Below, piece after piece: positions 26,787 to 32,000 of a stretch of 32,000 nt of DNA. Origin of the DNA: Promethearchaeota archaeon (GTDB taxonomy: Archaea > Asgardarchaeota > Lokiarchaeia > Sigyniarchaeales > SOKP01); assembly GCA_030606485.1 (NCBI GenBank), contig JAUWGH010000001.1, forward strand, positions 720,001-752,000. The letters run 5' to 3'. Under the pieces are notes generated by a model. The model had not been told where the DNA came from, did not search any database, and was given only the letters and a program-made list of their open reading frames with translations. The translations under genes were made by a program, and so were the position numbers. The first letter of the stretch is position 1. Every line of letters begins with the position of its first letter.

Positions 26787-26999
26787 TTAGCTGAACCAAT
26801 CTAAAACTTGAATATCTCTTGTTGGATGACAACAACTCATTGCATGATTATCTAAATCATAACCCCCTTCATGATGTGCTGCAATAAGAGCTGAACCATC
26901 CGGAATATTTTCTAGTCCAATAACTTTTAACCGATGGTAAAATCTAAAATACCAACGATAAAAAAACTTTTGAGATTTCCTATATGTTTCAATTTTCAT
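26787..26999 (-). pseudogene. 3'-truncated PlsC/lysophospholipid acyltransferase fragment
   Basis: RLKVIGLENIPDGSALIAAHHEGGYD (HX4D motif I), then TAA TAA after 70 codons and only AT-rich non-coding DNA beyond. ATG overlaps the upstream stop (TAATG). Confidence 0.68.
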
Positions 27000-27736
27000 T
27001 ATATCTTTTTTAATATCAATTCTCTTTTTTCTTTCGGTAATTTTTCACTAGCATATCTAAGAATTAATCTTGGGAGATTTTTTTTATTCTCCTCTAAGTA
27101 ATTAAAAATTATATCAGGTTTATATTTTGAACACGTCTTAAGCAACCATCCTATTCCTTTTTGGATATAATCTTCAGGATATGAAAGCATTTTTTCTACC
27201 AAGTTAAATACATAAGACGCATCAAAATCTTTTTTTAAAGAAATAGTTTTTAATAAAATAACCATAGATGCACGTCGAATCCACAAATTTTCAGAATAAG
27301 ACCATAATTCGATAGTTCTTTTCGCTAACTTATCATTTTTTACGAGAAATGGTCCAATTATTCTTATAACACTGCTATCACATAAAGCCCAAGTATCACA
27401 AGATTCGAAAAGAGCATCATGAAATAAATTAATAGTGTGTTCGTCAAACTGTTTTTTAAACCGATTAATAAAAAAAAATCCAGCGAATTTTTCATCGTTG
27501 ATATTAGATTTTAATAAAATTTTAAAAATCTCAATTGAATCATTGAAAGTTACATTATTTTCTTTAAAAACATCTCTTACAATCTTTTCAATCTCAGATA
27601 TTTTAAGAGCATATGTCTTAAAATTGGGATTACTTGAATTAAGAATTTTTAACATTCGCTCTTTTTGATCTTGAGTTAGCGTTTGAGCATTTGCTTTTAA
27701 TTGAGTTTTAATTTCATTTACTACTTTTTGAATCAT
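26999..27736 (-). CDS. DNA alkylation repair protein (AlkD-like HEAT-repeat glycosylase)
   Basis: DTWALCD, W..SENLWIRR, YIQKGIGWLLK, LRYASEKLP. Confidence 0.85.
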   Translation of the reverse strand: MIQKVVNEIKTQLKANAQTLTQDQKERMLKILNSSNPNFKTYALKISEIEKIVRDVFKENNVTFNDSIEIFKILLKSNINDEKFAGFFFINRFKKQFDEHTINLFHDALFESCDTWALCDSSVIRIIGPFLVKNDKLAKRTIELWSYSENLWIRRASMVILLKTISLKKDFDASYVFNLVEKMLSYPEDYIQKGIGWLLKTCSKYKPDIIFNYLEENKKNLPRLILRYASEKLPKEKRELILKKI

Positions 27737-27753
27737 AAGAAATCTCTTATAAT

Positions 27754-28221
27754 TTAATCATATTTTAACACTTTATCTAATAATAAACCTTCGTCGTCAA
27801 TTCCCATTTTCTTGTATAAAGCAATTGCCTTTTTATTTTTAAAACTTGTAGTAATGTGGAATGCTGTAGCTTTTTTTGATCTTGCGATATTAATCAATTC
27901 ACTTAATAGTTTCTTGCCGTATCCTCTATTCTGAAATTCCTTTTTAATATAAAAATTTTGAAGATATGCACTGTAGCCTGCATGTCCAAATTCGGGGTAA
28001 ATCCAAACATCCCCAAACCCCATTAATTGATTATTTTCTTCAACAACGAGTATAGTATGATATTTATCATCAAATCCTTCAATCATTATTTGCTTTATTA
28101 TATCTTTATTTATCTCTATTTCACCAAAATCACCTTGGTAAATCTCATCAATTGCCTCTTCAAATAATACAGTTAAATCCACTAAGGTATCAATATCTTC
28201 CTTCTCTGCTTTGCGAATCAT
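27754..28221 (-). CDS. GNAT family N-acetyltransferase
   Basis: IRKAEKED N-terminus, FYIKKEFQNRGYGKKLL acetyl-CoA motif, N..AIALYKKMG. Confidence 0.88.
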   Translation of the reverse strand: MIRKAEKEDIDTLVDLTVLFEEAIDEIYQGDFGEIEINKDIIKQIMIEGFDDKYHTILVVEENNQLMGFGDVWIYPEFGHAGYSAYLQNFYIKKEFQNRGYGKKLLSELINIARSKKATAFHITTSFKNKKAIALYKKMGIDDEGLLLDKVLKYD

Positions 28222-28243
28222 AATTTTAAGTCTTATTTTATTT

Positions 28244-28675
28244 TTAAATTGAGAAAGAAATTTTTTTAAGATCTTCTTCTGAATCTGCTTTCCCGATAAT
28301 TATACAGTTTTTTATATTAAGATTATTTAAGTTTAAAGAACTGTCTTTAGCAACAACACAATTTTCTAAGTTAATATTAGCTCCAATCTTTACATTATCA
28401 AGAAGAATACTATTAGTAAGTTGGACATAATCACCTATTTCTGAATTATTTCCAACATAAACATTTGGTCCCAACAGAACATCATCGCCTAATTTAACTT
28501 TATCTCCAAGATATACTGGTTCAATAAAGGTGGGGTAATCACCGACGTAATTTTCAACATGAAGCCCTTTAAATTGCGTTTTAAATAAGTCTAACATTAA
28601 ATTATAAATTTTTGAAGCATCAATTTCTTGATTATTTGCTAAAATATTTCTAATAATTTCCAATTTTTCTTTCAA
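28244..28675 (-). CDS. Stand-alone left-handed beta-helix (hexapeptide repeat) protein resembling NDP-sugar synthase C-termini
   Basis: IEPVYLGDKVKLGDDVLLGPNVYVGNNSEIG...NSILLDNVKIG hexapeptide periodicity, with no nucleotidyltransferase domain. Confidence 0.7.
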   Translation of the reverse strand: MKEKLEIIRNILANNQEIDASKIYNLMLDLFKTQFKGLHVENYVGDYPTFIEPVYLGDKVKLGDDVLLGPNVYVGNNSEIGDYVQLTNSILLDNVKIGANINLENCVVAKDSSLNLNNLNIKNCIIIGKADSEEDLKKISFSI

Positions 28676-28783
28676 TTTCTTTCAATCCTTCTTTTTACTT
28701 GTTGGCTATAATACTCCTAATTTTTAAACAATTTTATATCTTCAATGGCATTATTTGTCCATATTATTTATTTTAATACAAAA

Positions 28784-29506
28784 TTACTTTCCTAAACCAA
28801 TGATTTCAATTAATTTATTAATATTTTCTCCTGTTTTTGCACTTGTAGTTATAACTTGAATATTAGGATTAATTTTTTTTGCATCACTTATCATTTTATC
28901 TATGTTTGTTTCTAATATCTCAGCCAGATCTATTTTATTAATTACTGCAATATCGGACATTTTAAACAACATTGGATGCTTTTCAATAACCCATTCTCCT
29001 TCTGTAATCGAAACAATTGTTATTCTTTTATCTGTGCCCAAAACGAAATCAGAGGGACAAATTAAATTTCCGACATTCTCAATAAAAATAAGATCATAAT
29101 TATTCAAATCCTTATTTTTAATTATCTGGTTTATATGATAAGCGTTTAAAGCACACTCTCGGCCGGTATTAATTTGGATTGACTCCGCATTGTGTTTTTC
29201 TATTCGATTTGCATCCACTCTGGTTGTAACATCACCGCATATAACTAATATCCTATATTTTGAACCTAATTTTTCAAGTATTTTTTCTATTATTGCAGTC
29301 TTGCCAGCGCCAATTGCACCGACTATATCAACGGATTTTATGTTATGTTTTTTAAATTCTTGATTTATTTGGTCAGCTAAAATTTCATTTTGTTTCATAA
29401 TATCTTCTTCTATTTGTATCGCAAGTTCCCTTTCTTTTCCTTTAGTCAATTTATTACTGTCAAGTTCCATAAACCTTTGAATTTCACGTTCTTCTTTATC
29501 AGACAT
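28784..29506 (-). CDS. hypB: HypB-like nickel-chaperone GTPase (variant metal site)
   Basis: GAIGAGKT P-loop, GDV.T..DA, ENVGNLICP, EG....KHP.MF, NKID, SAKTGE. The canonical CH motif reads CA. Confidence 0.85.
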   Translation of the reverse strand: MSDKEEREIQRFMELDSNKLTKGKERELAIQIEEDIMKQNEILADQINQEFKKHNIKSVDIVGAIGAGKTAIIEKILEKLGSKYRILVICGDVTTRVDANRIEKHNAESIQINTGRECALNAYHINQIIKNKDLNNYDLIFIENVGNLICPSDFVLGTDKRITIVSITEGEWVIEKHPMLFKMSDIAVINKIDLAEILETNIDKMISDAKKINPNIQVITTSAKTGENINKLIEIIGLGK

Positions 29507-29557
29507 TTAATTTTACCAAAATACGTGTTAAAATTTTTTATTACTGATATTGTTATT

Positions 29558-29573
29558 AATAAATTAAAGGTTT
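29558..29573 (-). promoter_or_regulatory. BRE/TATA-like promoter element for hypB
   Basis: Minus strand AAACCTTTAATTTATT about 52 nt upstream of ATG 29506. Confidence 0.4.
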
Positions 29574-29659
29574 AAAAAAAATTTAACTTGATTTCTAATT
29601 CTTAGAAAAAGGAAAAAGAAGAGAGAAAAAAAAAAGTTATCAATTATTAAAATCAATTA

Positions 29660-31186
29660 TTATTTTTTCAGTTCCATTACTTTTCTAAACTTTTCTAACA
29701 TTTTTCTGGGAGTTACAGGTGGTCTATCATATCTATGTAACTTTTTTCTTATTCCAAACAAATATTTCGCTATATCCTTCAATTTTTCAATATCATATCT
29801 TGCCATCATTGTAATAGTCTCCATCTGCGGAGAGCCTCCGCCATGCAATCCTGCAACTTGCATTACACCAGCAAGATCTGCGACCAACATATTTTCTATT
29901 CCCCTAAAACAACGGTATATATTTACAGGATCTACTCTTGGATTTCTCTTTAAATACTTCATTGCCAATTCACCCACATCTTTAGCAAAGAAAGAACCCT
30001 CAAAAGGCAATGCAGCAACAATTCCACCAGAAAGATCGGCTAATATTTTATATTCATTATAAATCTCCTCGCCAGCTAATCTCCTTCCTGCGTTAGTTAA
30101 TATTTCATCCGGAATGTAGGTCCCGGAGGGTGCTTTTTCAGCACGATACGCGCTTGCTATACCTGCAGCATTTACAAGCTCAGCTGTTCCTATTAAATGA
30201 GACAATTTATCTCTAACATGAGAAGTTTTTTCGATCCCGTTATATTCCGCCACTAATGCGGCAGCGCTTGCAATAACTTCAGATACAGCTGGTTTACAAC
30301 CAGTATATGAATGTCGATGATAATGAGCGAACATTAAAGCCAAAAAACCAGCGTAGGGAGTTTGCCTTGGATCCGCATTTCCGTTTAAAAAAACTCGCTC
30401 ATTTGGAACAAAAACATCATCAAAGATAATCATGGTTTCAACATCACCTAATCTTAACCCCGGAGCTTCCAGACCATATTTACTTTGCCGGAAATATGCT
30501 GGTCTAACAAGTAATTTAACACGATCCCAATCTGATGGTAAAGCAAATGCAACTGCATAATCATTATCTTTAGGCCCCATAAATCTTGTTGGAACTGCGA
30601 CAAGTTCATCAGCATAAGCTGTATTTGTGATACATATTTTACAACCTCTCACAACAATACCATCTTCTTTTGTTTCAATCACCCTCAAATATTGATCAGG
30701 ATCTTCTTGTTCGTGAGGACGTTTTAATCTATCTCCCTTAGTATCAGTTTGTGCGCAGCTTGCGACCAAATCGTTTTCTTGGAAATATTTAAGATACACT
30801 TCAAATCGTTTATAGAAATCAGTTCCTAATGCTTGGTCAACCTCATATGTAATAACAGATAATGCATTTATTGCATCTATTCCCATACATCTCTGAATAC
30901 AACCTCCTACTCTATGGCTAAGAACACGGGTCATTTGTTGCTTTTTCAATAGATCATCTACACTATGGTGTATATGACAAAAACGGTTTATCCTTTTCCC
31001 AGTTAAATGAGAGGTTGCAGTGCATAAATCCTTATATTCTTCTTCATCTACATGATCAAAAGTTTCTTTTATTATATTCATACCTCCCCTAATTCGGGGG
31101 TCGTCTCTTCCCACTATTTCTTCCCCTATCCAAATATTATGCTTCATCTTTTTAAGATCTTCATAATATTGCTCAAAAGTTCTCAT
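29660..31186 (-). CDS. abfD: 4-hydroxybutyryl-CoA dehydratase (HpaB/AbfD family, Fe-S type)
   Basis: CIQRCMGID (CxxxC) and HRHSYTGCK supply all four [4Fe-4S] ligands known for AbfD; also QTDTKGDR, GLHGGGSP. ATG 31186 (MRTFEQY) preferred over TTG 31216. Confidence 0.85.
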   Translation of the reverse strand: MRTFEQYYEDLKKMKHNIWIGEEIVGRDDPRIRGGMNIIKETFDHVDEEEYKDLCTATSHLTGKRINRFCHIHHSVDDLLKKQQMTRVLSHRVGGCIQRCMGIDAINALSVITYEVDQALGTDFYKRFEVYLKYFQENDLVASCAQTDTKGDRLKRPHEQEDPDQYLRVIETKEDGIVVRGCKICITNTAYADELVAVPTRFMGPKDNDYAVAFALPSDWDRVKLLVRPAYFRQSKYGLEAPGLRLGDVETMIIFDDVFVPNERVFLNGNADPRQTPYAGFLALMFAHYHRHSYTGCKPAVSEVIASAAALVAEYNGIEKTSHVRDKLSHLIGTAELVNAAGIASAYRAEKAPSGTYIPDEILTNAGRRLAGEEIYNEYKILADLSGGIVAALPFEGSFFAKDVGELAMKYLKRNPRVDPVNIYRCFRGIENMLVADLAGVMQVAGLHGGGSPQMETITMMARYDIEKLKDIAKYLFGIRKKLHRYDRPPVTPRKMLEKFRKVMELKK

Positions 31187-31613
31187 TTTTTTATTTATCC
31201 CTTTTATATTTTTCAAATAAATTTTTTTAAATTAATATAGTTAATTAAAATAATCAACTCGGATGTTAATAAGTCTATTTTTTTTATTTAAAATAAGAAA
31301 TTTTACATTGTAATATAACAATAATAGGCGATTTGATATATTTGAAATAAAACTGAATATTTAGAAGAATTCATAAAAAGTAAATGGCTTGCTAATGCAC
31401 ATATATTATTTGTGTATTATTTGGATATTCTCTGGATCACATACAAGTATAATTTAGAAATAGATCGTGATATTTTTCGAGTTTAAATATCATCATAATT
31501 CAATTTACTATAAAAAATTAGATTTAAATAATTTTTTAAAAAAAAGGTTGTGTGTTGGATTGAAACTGTGGAAAAAAGGTCGATATGATTTTAGAACGTC
31601 AGTAGAGGAGACT

Positions 31614-31916
31614 ATGGGATGTTTACACAGAATGGGGGCAGTTGAGAGCTCACATCTCTCACAGTATTTAATTAAAAAGTATAATTTGTCTTCCTTAGAT
31701 CAGGTTGAAGATGTAAAAAAGCAGTTATTGAGGGGTAATATTTTAATTATTAATGTAGCTACTATTTTGGGGGATCAAAATGTGTCAATAATTGATTTTA
31801 AGAGATCTATTGATCAAATAAGGGCGGAGATTAATTTAACAGGAGGATCTATAGGAAGGATCGGAGATACTTATTTAATAATTACACCAAATAGCCATAT
31901 AAAGATTTCCCACTAA
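31614..31916 (+). CDS. sepF: Cell division protein SepF (archaeal type)
   Basis: SLDQVEDVKKQLLRGNILIIN...GGSIGRIGDTYLIITP matches the archaeal SepF core. GAGGAG lies 3 nt before ATG 31614; TTG 31560 is an alternative start. Confidence 0.82.
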   Translation: MGCLHRMGAVESSHLSQYLIKKYNLSSLDQVEDVKKQLLRGNILIINVATILGDQNVSIIDFKRSIDQIRAEINLTGGSIGRIGDTYLIITPNSHIKISH

Positions 31917-32000
31917 ATAATTCCAAAGCGAAAAACTAAAAACCATAGTAACTTTGAATATAAATAGAGATTTTGATTTCAATTATTTTGTGAGTGAAAT

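Noticed and set aside
29639-29662. 11-bp direct repeat ATCAATTATTA at the abfD stop, and poly-A run near 3561-3572
   Set aside because: Low-complexity A/T sequence adjoining terminator-like tracts; nothing suggests a target-site duplication.
974-31240. Short ORF-track entries overlapping real genes (e.g. 974-1195, 7022-7240, 8555-8761, 10055-10243, 13208-13441, 15407-15655, 16033-16320, 17770-17994, 18425-18718, 19996-20522, 21069-21614, 22489-22701, 25541-26446, 27435-27668, 28902-29099, 29390-29575, 31052-31240)
   Set aside because: They are antisense or off-frame shadows of well-supported genes, with Ser/Ile/Phe-rich shadow composition and no motifs.
31467-31547. ORF-track N-terminal extension of SepF from GTG 31467
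   Set aside because: Extremely AT-rich, intergenic-like sequence with no homologous features.
1-32000. tRNA, rRNA, riboswitch (cobalamin/SAM), CRISPR array, IS element
   Set aside because: Intergenic regions are short and A/T-rich with no GC-rich structured segment, spaced repeats or terminal inverted repeats. Checked by eye only; tRNAscan-SE or Infernal would be decisive.

Overview
AT-rich (roughly 30% GC by eye), gene-dense chromosomal segment of an anaerobic archaeon. An Asgard/Lokiarchaeia-like host is inferred from the archaeal-type SepF, BRE/TATA-like promoters, oligo-T terminators and gene repertoire; this is not proven. About 35 protein genes are supported; no tRNA, rRNA, CRISPR array or mobile element was seen. 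Main blocks: an FAD oxidoreductase plus Fe-S/CCG protein pair; a sulfatase divergent from a complete larE-larB-larC nickel-pincer cofactor operon with no larA in the window; a three-CTD CDF transporter; an Ldh_2 dehydrogenase; an orphan DNA methyltransferase; a TlpA/CcdA thiol-redox module; a sirtuin; a corrinoid protein plus non-pyrrolysine MttB-family methyltransferase divergent from an atypical Cys/Met PLP enzyme; a GPH transporter; 3-hydroxyacyl-CoA dehydrogenase; a HisC-like protein; an NAD-kinase-fold protein; a truncated PlsC-like acyltransferase; AlkD; a GNAT; a variant HypB; 4-hydroxybutyryl-CoA dehydratase; and SepF. The best candidate for an undescribed system is the divergent corrinoid/MttB plus PLP-lyase locus (17553-21876), whose two arms carry the same 10-mer upstream. 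All family calls come from motif recognition by eye; no searches were run.
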